From positions 7,998,001 to 8,062,000 of the forward strand of contig OZ176053.1 in the NCBI GenBank assembly GCA_964247055.1: a DNA stretch of 64,000 nucleotides, in the 5' to 3' direction. The first letter of the stretch is position 1. Each line of letters begins with the position of its first letter. Shown in pieces: positions 26,856 to 39,300 of this stretch. Both the position numbers and the translations under genes were made by a program. The notes beneath the pieces are model-generated. The model was not told the origin of the DNA. It worked only from the letters and a program-made list of their open reading frames with translations, and searched no databases. The DNA comes from Paragordius varius. Its lineage: Eukaryota > Animalia > Nematomorpha.

Positions 26856-27401
26856 ATGGAGCGAGTAAACCCCGTACTGGAGAAGCAAAAAAATGCCTTG
26901 GAAAAACTAATGGAAAAATTTGTAGTATTATATTTAATTATAGGATGTACCGGTTGAAATTCCTGAAATGTCTAAGGATAGTGAAGCTCCAAGACCACCA
27001 GAGTTTGTTAGAAATATAATGGGTAAGTTCTTTTTTTATAGCTAGGATCTAGCGCTGGTGCTGGAAGTGCCGAATTTCATATTTATCGGCGTTATAGAAA
27101 AAGGGATACTATTCGAAATGAGTTATGGCAATATCAGACAGAAAAAGTTAATTGTATAATATAATTTTAGGAACGAAAAGAAAAGGCTTTTAAAGATAAG
27201 ATAGAGAATTTTGAATCTGTCGAAAGATTAAAACGGGAAAAACGTCGTCGAAAACGAGAGAAAGATAAAGCCAGATTAAAAATGAAAAAACTGAAAAAAA
27301 GTCAAGCAAACGGTTCTAAAAAAGAATCTAGTGATTCCGAAAGCGAAGAACCAACAGAAAATATTGACATCAAAACTCCTTATGCTAAAAATAGTGAATA
27401 A
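26856..27401 (+). CDS. PRKRIP1: PRKR-interacting protein 1 homolog (spliceosome-associated), 4 exons
   Basis: Exons 26856-26921, 26944-27022, 27046-27146, 27171-27401 give MERVNPVLEKQKNALEKLMEKFDVPVEIPE...[36 protein letters not shown]..., the family signature [20 protein letters not shown] plus a K/R-rich tail. Introns are 22, 23 and 24 nt. Confidence 0.93.
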
Positions 27402-27408
27402 ATTATAT

Positions 27409-29463
27409 TTATTTGTTAATGGTCTTTAAAATATTTATTTCTAAATCGTTGTATATTAAGCTTATATTATCATAATAATCAACAAATTCTTTTTCAGGCT
27501 TTGCTATCAATGACAATGGCGGTAAGTGTTTGGTCATATCTTGAAATAATTTTAAATACGGCACCCTGCATATATCTTTGATTTCGTGTTCAGTTATATA
27601 TTTTTGGATTTCGTCTCCCAGCTTAGCCATATAAGCTGCTCCCAACGCTGCTGATTCGCTCATTATTTTTTCGTCTAAAGTTGTAAAGTATATAATATTG
27701 TTTAAAGATTTGGTTTAATTTTGATTAAAAGTTAATCTATTATATCGCTATAATTTTGAAGATATTTATCCTTAATAATAAACATTAATTCTAAAATATT
27801 TATTGTCAAGTAACGCAATAAGATTTGTCCATTTAAATATATGCATACCTCCCAAGTTGAGAGCATATACTGGGAATCCGAAGATGTTGGCGACAATCTG
27901 TGAAATATTCTTATTGGAAGAAGCCCCACCAGTAAGTATGACCCTGGTATAACGTCTTCTAAAGCTACTATAATTCTGACAATCTACTTTATAAAATATA
28001 ATACACCTACCATTTTCTTTGTTGCATTTACTGCAAATAAAGTCTAAATGATTTTTCATAGCATAAAATCGGCTTTCAAGTAAAGCGCGACATTCAGAAT
28101 CAAAATGATTTGGGAATGGACCTGAGTTTCCAAATAAAAATTTTATGCTTTTTTCTTGTTTCGAATTTGGAGATACTCTTATCTCATTATTTTGATGGTA
28201 TCGATAAATGAGCGGAAAATGTTTATCTGTAATATGAGGAGTTATTTCTGGGTAAACATAATAAAATCCAAGGTGTCCATTATTTCCAGGTGCGGAATTG
28301 AGAGCATTATTTAAAACCTTTAAAACATGAGTTTTGGAATTTGGTTGGTTCATATATTCTAAGTTTTCCATAATAACTTTTTCTCTGGCCAAAGAACCAT
28401 TTTTATAAACCAATATAAGCATATAATCTTGAAAAGGGGACAATGGATTTACAAAAATATGAGCAGAATTACCTCCCTGAGTCTTGTCAGTCAAATCAGA
28501 AGATTGTAAAAAATGTTTTGTTAAAAATTCATCACTCCAACAAAATAATGTGTCACTTGTTCCTAGTCTAATGACCAAGTCGGTTGGTTGTGTGTGACAG
28601 CCTATAAAGGATGCTATATTATCACCGGTAAATGCATATATGTTGCATTCAGGATTAAAATTATATCTTTCAACGAAATAAGGTGATATAAAATCTAAAT
28701 GTATCATAGGAGGAACAAATATATTTTGGTTTAAGTTTCTTTCTTGCCCAACTTTATTTAAAGTTAATTTGTCGACAATTGTGGATACATTAATTTGATA
28801 CTCATAAAGAGAGGAATAAATTACATCGTCGTACTTTTTGGTAAAAATGTTCATTAAATTCATTCCAGAACCATCCGAATAATCAATTGGTGCATATTTT
28901 GGTAAAATAAAAAGTGATGCTAAAAAATTACTAATAAGGCTAATTTTTTCAGAGTTTTCAAATTTCGTGGGTTTATATTCATAAATTTTTAATATCTGTG
29001 GTAAAGTAAATCTTTCCTGTAAACTAGATCCTGTAGCACTTTTAATATAATAATCTGATTCAGATTTAAAATATTTTGATATACATTCTTGAATAAACAA
29101 ACATTCTTTTGTGGTACTTGAGTCCATCCATATGGGGGATTTTACAGTAAATGTGGCATCAGTAATTTTTTCCAATTGATATTCCCCAGTCAACCAATTT
29201 TTTTGCCAATATACGCTCCCATGTTGTTGAGCGCATCCACATATGGATATAATTTTAGTAGTATCAATTTCTTGACTAATTTTAGCCAATAAATCCTTAA
29301 ATGCGTTTATCCATATCATGGGATTGCATGTCACTTCGCCAACATTCTGGTTTAAAACAGATTTAGCGTCAATGCAGGTATCCAAAATTTTAACCAATAA
29401 TAAATTTTCATCAAGAATAATTGCTTTAAGTTTTTGTGTACTTAAATCCAAACCCAAATACAT
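27409..29463 (-). CDS. XYLB: Xylulose kinase (FGGY family, eukaryotic type)
   Basis: MYLGLDLSTQ, AQQHGSVYW, PIWMDSST, TGSSLQERFTLPQI, ISLISNFLASL, DYSDGSGMNL, FTGDN, LGTSDT, KNGSLARE, TGGAS. A 174-nt intron at 27675-27848 joins to the last exon DEKIMSESAALGAAY. Confidence 0.93.
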
Positions 29464-29494
29464 GTGTTCAATAACAATTTGAAGTTAATTACAC

Positions 29495-32400
29495 ATGGAA
29501 CATTTGCTAAAAATTGTGTGCGACATACCCGTCAAAAAAACGCTTGAACAATCGGTTTTGGAAAGTAATTTAGGTAAAATCAGTATTTTATTGACAAAAA
29601 ACGATACTTTGTATGCGGAATACAAAAAAATTTGCAATAAATATGATAATATTTACGTACGTTATGCACATACAATTATCATTCTCTTGAAACATTTAAG
29701 TTTAGAAGAATATTATGTATCCAACTTTAATTTGGAATATTTATTCACCAAAACTTTTAATTTACTGCAAACTATTCCATTCTCTTATATCGCAGCAGAT
29801 AAAAAAATATCCAAACAATACTTAACCTGTGATATTACCTGTAATTATATTTGTAGTACTGAAAATTTGTCTCATATTCTAGAAGAATTTCTAACGCTAA
29901 ATAATGTATATTATTCAAAGTTTTTTTATTTACCAGTGTGTTTGACACTTGTTAATGCGTGTCTTTATACCCAAAACGATCAAATTATTTCAAGCTTAAA
30001 ATCATTTTTGGATTCTCATTTATTCTTACAAAGTTTGATGATTATAAGGAAAGTGGCAGTTGATAAAAAGGATAATAAGCTTAAAACCCAATGTAGCTTA
30101 AATATATCACTATACTTATATGAAAATGATACGGGATTACTTTCTTTATATACATTATTGCAGGCAAATAAATCTGTATCCCTAAGTCAAATCCTTGATG
30201 CTTACAGTAAAATGGTCCTTAATCCTTGTTTAATCGATTCTCCTATAAGCAAGGATATTTATATCCTACGGATTTTATTACACATATCAAAGTTAATTAA
30301 AAAACACGACTTTCCGGACAGTGACACTTTTTGTATACTTCTCCGGTTGTTGTATGACATCTCTATTAACACTACCTACAAAAGTGTATTTAATAAATGG
30401 CAAGTTTCTTTCCTTGAAAATTTGTCCTCACAAAACGTTGAGGCCCTTAATGATACAATTGGTAATAATACTGAAATGATTGATACATTAACACCGAAAC
30501 CCTACACCTTCAAACTTTTACGCCTTTTTGAAAGTGTCATTGAGGCAGATACCCCCTTGGCCAAAGAAGTATTACGAACGGTTAAATTTGACTTCCTTTC
30601 ACCTATAAGTTTTCGCTTGTTGGAGGAATACTTGTGTACAAACAAAAGTTTGTCTGGCATGGAACTTACCATTGTAAAATTCATTGTGAACCATTGTGAT
30701 GTCGATTTGCAAACCCAATTTAAATCATTTTATCTTTCACTTCCCATCGGGTTTAACATGTTGGAAGGTATGGATGAATGGGAGTTTGCAGACCCCCCGT
30801 CCATCTCAATACTCTTGCTTAAATTCGATGTAATTTTAAAAGTCTTTTTTGGGAAAAACATTAATTCAGCCATCCCTACATTGTTTACCTGCATTTCTAT
30901 GTGCCTAAATACCGACGATGCTAACGCCACTATGCCTCACAACGTTCCTTTGCTTATAACCTCGATGCAACTGTTACAAAAATTGTTGAACACCGAAATC
31001 AATATGCGTAAAAATATGAACATTCAAATTCTGGAGAATATTAGTACCATCTTTGACAACTACAACCCAAATAAATGTAAGGAGAAAGAATCCGCCGAGA
31101 CCGATAAAAATGCATATGTTGAGAATATAAATCAAAATGTAATGTCAACCTTGGTTCAATCAATCTCAGTACTTTTATCCAAACTCGACAGTCATGAGAG
31201 TCAGGAATGGTACATTAAACTTGTGCACATTATAGAATCGTTTGAAAAACGGTGTAATGATTCCGCTACACTCCTTTTGCCACAGTTGAAAAATCATCTA
31301 ATTTGTTTACGCATGCAATGTTTATCTATGTTACATGCACCTTCGAGTCTAAAGCAAAAAAATAATGTAGATACCCCATCTGTACCCGATAGTTTCCATA
31401 TCTCTGCCAGCGATCTTGAAAATCAAGATAAAAAGGGCCAGACCAAAGAAAAAGAACCCGCGCCCCTAAATAATGATCAAGAAAAAGTCAATCTAAGTGA
31501 TATAATTGATCCAAATCAAAGCATGCTCCAACTTAAATGGAGAGGCATATGGGCAGGATTAGCATCCGAATTAGCTCCAGTCAAAGGTGGATGTATTATA
31601 GAGCTTACGCGAATGCTAAAAGATCCGTATTGTCTCAAAGCATTCAAGGGTTGTCTTAAATACGAAATGGATCATGCTATCTTGAATGTCTTGCTTGATT
31701 CCCTAAGGCATGAAGATAGCTACGTTTACACGGCAGCTATTAATTGCACTCTACAATTCTATTACGCTATTAATGACGAGAGTGGAGAGATGAATAAAGA
31801 ATCAACCTCTATCACAACTTTGACAACAAAGGAATCTGTATTGAAAGAAATCTTGAAATTATATGTCCTTTATAGTGATAACTATGGTAGCGAAGCTTCT
31901 ACATCCCTTCAAAAAGATGCACCCATAGTAATCGATGAAAGCCAATTGCGCTCTGTTGTGAATACTGGTGAAATTATCGTATCCATTCTTCGAGGTCAAA
32001 TTTTAAAACATTTGTCTCGGAAACAATTTGTTGACATTTATCGGGCCATAAAATGTTTGATTATAGACGTGGCTGGTGTCTTGACAAAAATTGATGATGA
32101 ACACTATGATATGGTCTCACATAACCATCTGCTGTTGATTTTTAATAGCGCATTGTCCAACTTGTCAGAATTTATATACAATCTGCCAGTTGATTCTGAT
32201 CTTTGGGGAAGTTCGGAATTAACCATTGAACCCGTTTTATCGACCATAATAACACAACATTTTGAATGTTATAGCAAACAATTGCAGGGCGAATGTGATA
32301 AGTCAGCCTGTAGTAATGGTGGCTTTAACAATGGTAAAACAACCAAAACAGTTACGGAAACTATTAGGTTTGCCCTACATAATGTATTGGTTACATTGCT

Positions 32401-32605
32401 TGGTAATATCTTAACTAAATACCGTTTATTACGTCAAATCACATCCACTAATATTACGAGCGCAACCCTTTTTGTCGATATTCGGGATGATGAATTAATG
32501 AAAACTCTCCATAATTGTCTCACCATGGCTGCTTCTAACATAGATCTGAATGAAGATATTAAATTACATATTTTGCAGATTTTGAGATCCATTGATGAGC
32601 CATAA
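29495..32605 (+). CDS. TANGO6: TANGO6/RTP1-like armadillo/HEAT-type protein, single 1036-aa exon
   Basis: C-terminal PVKGGCIIELTRML...LLDSLRHEDSYVYTAAIN resembles the RTP1_C1 motif of TANGO6 (remembered as PTRAAALRTL...FLENLEHEDTFVYLSAIQ); Leu-rich helical composition; similar length. Confidence 0.75.
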   Translation: MEHLLKIVCDIPVKKTLEQSVLESNLGKISILLTKNDTLYAEYKKICNKYDNIYVRYAHTIIILLKHLSLEEYYVSNFNLEYLFTKTFNLLQTIPFSYIAADKKISKQYLTCDITCNYICSTENLSHILEEFLTLNNVYYSKFFYLPVCLTLVNACLYTQNDQIISSLKSFLDSHLFLQSLMIIRKVAVDKKDNKLKTQCSLNISLYLYENDTGLLSLYTLLQANKSVSLSQILDAYSKMVLNPCLIDSPISKDIYILRILLHISKLIKKHDFPDSDTFCILLRLLYDISINTTYKSVFNKWQVSFLENLSSQNVEALNDTIGNNTEMIDTLTPKPYTFKLLRLFESVIEADTPLAKEVLRTVKFDFLSPISFRLLEEYLCTNKSLSGMELTIVKFIVNHCDVDLQTQFKSFYLSLPIGFNMLEGMDEWEFADPPSISILLLKFDVILKVFFGKNINSAIPTLFTCISMCLNTDDANATMPHNVPLLITSMQLLQKLLNTEINMRKNMNIQILENISTIFDNYNPNKCKEKESAETDKNAYVENINQNVMSTLVQSISVLLSKLDSHESQEWYIKLVHIIESFEKRCNDSATLLLPQLKNHLICLRMQCLSMLHAPSSLKQKNNVDTPSVPDSFHISASDLENQDKKGQTKEKEPAPLNNDQEKVNLSDIIDPNQSMLQLKWRGIWAGLASELAPVKGGCIIELTRMLKDPYCLKAFKGCLKYEMDHAILNVLLDSLRHEDSYVYTAAINCTLQFYYAINDESGEMNKESTSITTLTTKESVLKEILKLYVLYSDNYGSEASTSLQKDAPIVIDESQLRSVVNTGEIIVSILRGQILKHLSRKQFVDIYRAIKCLIIDVAGVLTKIDDEHYDMVSHNHLLLIFNSALSNLSEFIYNLPVDSDLWGSSELTIEPVLSTIITQHFECYSKQLQGECDKSACSNGGFNNGKTTKTVTETIRFALHNVLVTLLGNILTKYRLLRQITSTNITSATLFVDIRDDELMKTLHNCLTMAASNIDLNEDIKLHILQILRSIDEP

Positions 32606-33448
32606 AACATTTACATTTTGACGTCTACATCATGCCTATTAAGATACGTTATAGTTTTAAATATATTGTTAGATATCTACTGTATACACACCACTTTGAT
32701 ACGAAGCACTTTTCAATAAATTTGTATTTTACTCGTTTACATATGTATGGTGTTTTAATTAGTTAAATGATAATTTTAATATGTTTTAGAATCTTTTAGT
32801 TATAATAGTATCTAATCTCAGTTTTATTTAACCAGAATAATTTTACCCGTAATAACCGTATGCACTATTTCTATCCAATCCCCTTCAAAATTTGAATAAT
32901 CGGCCACTTCTTTCAAACCATTTTAAACAATTATTGGTTATAATGAATAGTAATAAGTAAATGGGACGTTTAATTTTTCATTGATCAATTATCTTGTAAA
33001 TTTGTTATTCTATTTTATACATTCGATAATTATTCTTAACTGCTTCAGTCGTAAGTCATCTCTGACCCTTCCATGCCTTAAATAAGTATTTCCTCTTAGC
33101 TTTTATTACATGGGTTGTTACATATATATATAAAATAATGAAAAAGGTTTATTTGTTAAAATATTACCCTAAGATAGAGAAATTTCGAATTTTTCTTTAA
33201 ACTCTGGGAAAAATCCATTTTATATTATTGCTGTAATTAAGACTACATAAGCTAAGTGTAAATTCCAAATTCTATCAAAAATATAAAGTTCACTCATAAA
33301 ATAAAAAATTTAATGAGTATACAATCGATTCCAATGTAGGGATTCAGCTATGAAATTTACGTTTTTACATTTATATGATTAAGGATAATTAAAATATTAC
33401 AATAAACAATTGGATATTTTGATTGTTAACTTATATTAAACATCCATT

Positions 33449-35116
33449 ATGGCAACGCCGTTTATATGTGCACGCAAAAATAAATTTTTGTCCACAAATT
33501 TCATTGGTTTACAATTAAAAGAAGTTCGAAAAAGATCCCTTGTCAATTTTTGGAATTTACCAGAAGATCTAACGCCCGACATTATAATACATATTGATTG
33601 CATGCATAGATATAAGGCCCACAAATTCATTCTTGTGACACAAAGCAATTATTTCAGGCATAAAAAACTTATATATTCGATTTTTTGTCAAATTATTTTT
33701 TTAGGCTGGTACAATGTAACACCACACGCGCCTAAATTTTTTATCTAAGTGTATCGAGAACTCAATGCCACTGACAATATTAAAAAGATCATTGACAAAA
33801 TTGGTGGTTTCAGTACATTTAAGATATTCTATAAAAAATTTTAAACTAAGGTAATATAAGCGTTGTAATCTTTCAGAAATTTTGTTAATAAACCGATTTT
33901 AATCTTTAACGTCAATAAAACCGGTTCAAAAACTTTGATTTCAACCAGCCGATTAATGGATAGAAAGAATGTAACTTTTTTGAAAGCGGGGAGAGGCGCA
34001 AAATATATGTTAAAATAGATAAGCGAAAATAGGACACCATAACTTACGTACTATACTTTTCCATCATAATCTTAAAAGAATTAAATATTATTGATACATT
34101 TTTCGGGGAAAATGGTTCTGATTAATATTTTATTTTTTTTATTACTAATAACTGAATTATTTGCATACTATTATGGCCGAATAAACATATGAATCTCAAA
34201 TTATTGTGTGTATTCTTTCTCATAAAATCAGAAGAAATATACGGAAATAGCATAACAAATAAGTGTTCTATAATTAAAATTAATAAAAATTTTGATTTCA
34301 TAAATCATTTTTAAAACCGTTTGTGGTTTTAAACGGTCAAATAAACTAATGATTCTGGTTTCAATCCCTGCTTTTCATGAAAAAATTATTATAACAGGCA
34401 GATATTCTCACCTGTTCCGGACGAACTTCTACTTTTACCACCAGATTTGGCTGAATCATATTGGAGACCTCAACAGCCATCAGATTTACAAGAAATTATT
34501 TTACCTCAACACATTAGTTATTGTCCGGATGCTTTCATTCAGATACTTGAATACATGTATACCATGGCTATTAATGTGGAAAAAGACCATGCTCTAGATA
34601 TATGGGTCTTGTCACAAGTACTTGATATACCCATTCTCAAAAGGGAATGTGAAAAGGCGTATGGAAGCATAGACATTAATTACAAAGGAGCCATTTTTGT
34701 GGCAAAGTGTATTGAAAGTTACATGTCACAAAATCAAATTCAAGAGGAGGAAAATTTGAAACGGCTAAGTAAAAGCGTTCGCGTTTCAACTATGCCTTCA
34801 GGAAGAACCACGCGTTTAAGTAATATTCATATGTTTATGTATATAATTACACCCCAAAATCATTCTTGAATAATTCAAATTTTCGGGCGAATATAACTCA
34901 TCATTAATATGAAGGTTATCGCATAGTTTATTTTCAGCATGTTAATTTTAAACGAAATTTCATAAAAATATAGATAATTTTTAATAGTCAAAACCAGATA
35001 ATTTATTTTAGGGTGAATTGGAGTTGTTCATGATTTGAATTGTTCTTGGGTAACTTTGTATTGTTCGAGGGTGAATTTGAATTGTTTATGGATCAATTTA
35101 AGGCGTAAATGGTATT

Positions 35117-35150
<34 letters not shown>

Positions 35151-35438
35151 TTCCGATTCTCAATTTTTTTATAATTTTGCCGAATCAAAAAGATAAATCA
35201 TTTATTAAATGATCCCAACAGATATTTAATTAAGTAGTAATACTACTTTAAAGATATAGCTATTATTTTAGTAAATTTTTCGGGATAAAATAAATATACA
35301 AATGATATAAAATTGGACAGATTTAATCAAAAATTTGTTAAACAAAACATTTTAGATAGAATAACTATTGCTCCGATTCCTGAAACGCTCGAGCCAACTG
35401 AAACCGATAAAGCACCAAGGATTAAGAGTACAGGATAG
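33449..35438 (+). CDS. Small BTB/POZ-domain protein
   Basis: Exon 33449-33657 (PDIIIHIDCMHRYKAHKFILVTQSNYFR), exon 34398 to about 34820 (QIFS...PDAFIQILEYMYT...LDIWVLSQVLDIPILKRECEK) and probable last exon 35356-35438. The best splice uses a GC donor at 33658. Confidence 0.8.
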
Positions 35439-36328
35439 ATAATGATAAACAATTTATTATTTCTACATTTTGGATACATATAAATAGTCACAAAATTTCA
35501 ATAATTACATCATCATATGAAATTCAAATATTATGTATGTACAGTTGACATCAAATCCAATAAAGTTTTACATTAATTAATTGTACAAAATAAATAACTT
35601 GTTTAATGGTTTAAATTAAATGCATTCCAATGAAATCTAAAATAATTGACTAAATTTTGCGGTAAATGCGCAATAATATGAGATTTTTTAATTCTACATA
35701 TTTAAATTTTATTTAGACTAAAAAATTAAATTATAAAGACAAAACGTAAAAACTAAAACTATTTTATTAACACAACCATTTAAACATTTTCTTTTTTTAT
35801 ATTTTTGGGGTTGCAAAAAAGGAAATAGAGATGTAAATAGTTACACTATTATATTAAAAATAAAAAGAAAATTCTAAATGGAAAAAAACTCAAGTTGAAA
35901 GTTGTGTCTTTTTCAAAAAATATTGTTTTTAGTTTGTACGTTTTGTCTGGATAATTTTAATTTTGAATGCATAGTGTTAGGACTTTGGTATGTTTATAAA
36001 AGGTCATTAACATGTGGATTCATAAAAAAATTAAGTTATGATGGGAATATATTCATATTAATAAACAAAAAAAAGTTTCATAAATTTATGGTTAGGTCGT
36101 AATGTCTGTGATTCAATTAGTTTTATATTCGCTTACAAATGCATTTTAAAAAATAATTTTGGCATTTAATTTGGGTCAATATATACAATAAAAATGTTGC
36201 GCAAAATTTAAAAAAACCCAACATTCATCCCACATTGATATATAGTAAAATGCGCATATTGATTGGAATAGAAAAAAATAAATTAGACACGTCTGTTCGA
36301 ATATTAAAATATATTAAAATCTATACAA

Positions 36329-39300
36329 TCATGTGATCTCTAATTTAATCAAATTTCGGGTTCCATTATAATACGCACTGCAAGAACCACAATAACCTCC
36401 ACATAATCCAACAACTCTTTTGCCACCCTTCACAATAAAAGTATACATATTAAATTTAAAAAAAGATAATTAATTATATCAGAATTTCAGCGTAAAATCC
36501 AATCCATTAAAGCAGGCGTGACCAACATGAATGGCTTCGCGGGCCTCAAATGAATTTTAAATTGGCATTCATAAATAATTTATTAGATTTCAAACATAAA
36601 ATTGCAAAAAGCAAATGCAATAAAACATTATTTCTAGTTCTTCCCAATTGGATAGACTAATTTAGAAAAATTGCCTAAGAAATATTAATTTTTTAAAATT
36701 TTATAAGCATGTTTTTTGAAAATTAGGAATTTTCAAAATTTTCGCGGGTCGCACAAAAAGTCTCGGAGGACCGCGTGTTAGACACTTCGGCTCAAATAAA
36801 GAATAAATATACCAAGAAAATTTGTATGGTAGAATTGGGACGGTTCCCGTGATTGATCCATTTATTTTGGTCCGAAACTGATAGATTGGTTGAAGTGAGA
36901 TCAATTGTAAAATATCCCTAAAATTCAGCATAAATTTTTTATCTGGTGTGTGGGAAATCAATAATTATTTTCTTGAATTTTATACTATTACTTACTTTTA
37001 TACAATATGGATTTAAGCTATAGCAATCCCCAGCACTAGCGTAAGAGACTAGATTACCTGACTGTGTTTCGGAAAATGTAGAATCAGAGGCTAAAACATC
37101 AAACACAATTAATAATATTTAATGGCATTTTTAAGGATGAATTCGGTCTGACGGGTTATATATGCATTCATTACCGTGATTTTGACTGCCTTTAAAATTA
37201 ACAGTAAGCAACTTTTAAACATACATATAAACAGGATAATAATGGTACACTAACTAAAATAATTTTATATGATTATAATATTTATCAATTTTTGTTTGGT
37301 GGTTACTACCAGTTAACAACACTAAACATTAAATCATTTTGATTGGTATTTTCCATTTTTATCGGTTATTTTGAATGTGAGGTATTAATCTGTTAAGATC
37401 AAAAATGACTGCATTCATAAGCGATGTTATTATTATGACCGACAGGTCAAAAACAGAGCCCTATTCATGAAAGAGAAAAAAAACTAAACAAATGCGTTTT
37501 CATTGTGTTTTACAAAAAAAGATATACCATTTATTATTAAATGAGGCAGGATTAATCGCAATTTTGAATAGGAAGTTCGACCTACGTATTTGTTGTATAA
37601 TGGAATACATTTTGAGCAAGTCCTTATTTCTGATAAAAATTCATCCATAAACGAAGAATTTGAGAAAAGGGTGAGATCGCATTTTTCGTTTGGAAGTAGC
37701 ATTCTAATTAGATAATAATTAATTAAAAGTATGCCTAAAATTAACAAGTTGTTTACTTAAAATTAGCAACAAACACTATGGATATGAATTTTATATATTA
37801 ATTATAAGATCAAAAATTTGATACAAGTTATAAAAAGTTTGTATGAATATACCGCTGTTGGAAAAAAACTGAAGTATTATTAGAAGAAGGTACATCAATA
37901 TACTCCACTGGATTCGAGGTGTTCATATTGTGACAATAAACCTATTAAAAGAGATAAAATCAAGACATAATCTTTTAAGGTGCCATTAAATGTAAATAAT
38001 CGAATATAATTACTTTAAGTTTGTTTTTATGAGTTTTGTTTACAATGTCAATAAAATAGTAACCATCTATCGTAATATTATTTCGACTTTGCCAAACTTT
38101 GCAAGATTCGTAGATACCTTAATTTTTATGTGTGGGTTATTTAAAATGGACAAAATTATTTATATGCGGAAAGGTAAAAGCTATAAATCAATTACATTTG
38201 GTAAAATTTCGATTTCGACATGGTTTGATCAATTTAGGCATTGAGTTTTGGTCACACACAGAATAGTTTGCAACGATTTCAACCGTAGCCATCGGCGATA
38301 TTTTGATGCACCATACGAATCGCATTTTAATTCCTGGGATCGTGCAGTTACTATGCTTACACTAAACAATATAATATTTAATATTCAATTTAAAACAATG
38401 CAACGGTTTTATTATTTATGATAATAATATAAGTTTATTTTGACTGTTTAAGACATTGTTTTTGGGAAATTTCAGATAAAAAATTAAATTTTTATGTTCT
38501 TTAAATAGCGTTTAATTTTAAAATGTTTACTCGTGACCAAGGAGACATTTGCCAAAAATACTGGGGTGCTTGCATTGTATTAATCCGTTGCACCAATGTT
38601 TTAATACGAGGGCTATGTGAATGTTTTAACCCTTTAACACCTTTATTTATTGCATTTATCAAACGTGTGCATTGTTTTGTGGTAACGACACTATTAGCAT
38701 AAGAAAATGGCCCAAAAATTTGTAATTGTCCACCCTTAAAAATGTGACACACATTTTGTCGATCAAAAGAAAAAAATTTAGTTCGACAAAATTTTTTGAT
38801 ACACTTGGCCCATATTGCAATAGCTTTGCGATTCCTTTCAATCAAACGCAACGTGTAAGGACTTTTAGCAACTCTATATGTGACTGATATGTTATGTGAA
38901 ATTGAGCGTTGAATGTTTTGGTCGTAAATGCTTGTCTTGATTTCCTTCTATATAAAAGAAAATCGAAATCAAATTTAGAGTGTCATGTAAAAAATTTTAA
39001 TGTTAATATTTTACGGAGATAAATAAAAATATATAATTGATGGTTTTTTTGCCTTACCTTATTGAGGTTTTGGTTGATGACGTTTTTTCTCCGCTTAAAA
39101 GGTAGTTGTGGTTTCAATCCTAATCCTTTCCTAATGACACGGCATAAATGAATCGATAATCCCCAACGTTTACACTGTTGATGTTTCTAGAATGTAAAAT
39201 AAAAATTAAAATTCAATCAAAAATATGTTACCTGAGTCGTGGTTTGGGTCTTTTTAGATTTCATAGACATTCATGGGCGCACCTAATTATAAGAAATGGA

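Noticed and set aside
26828-27019. 63-aa ORF from the track
   Set aside because: It is an off-frame read-through across PRKRIP1 exons 1-2 and the 22-nt intron.
30502-30930. Antisense ORFs within TANGO6 (likewise 18382-18654, 52693-52893, 61096-61281 and other antisense ORFs)
   Set aside because: They are shadows of the coding strand with no independent motifs.
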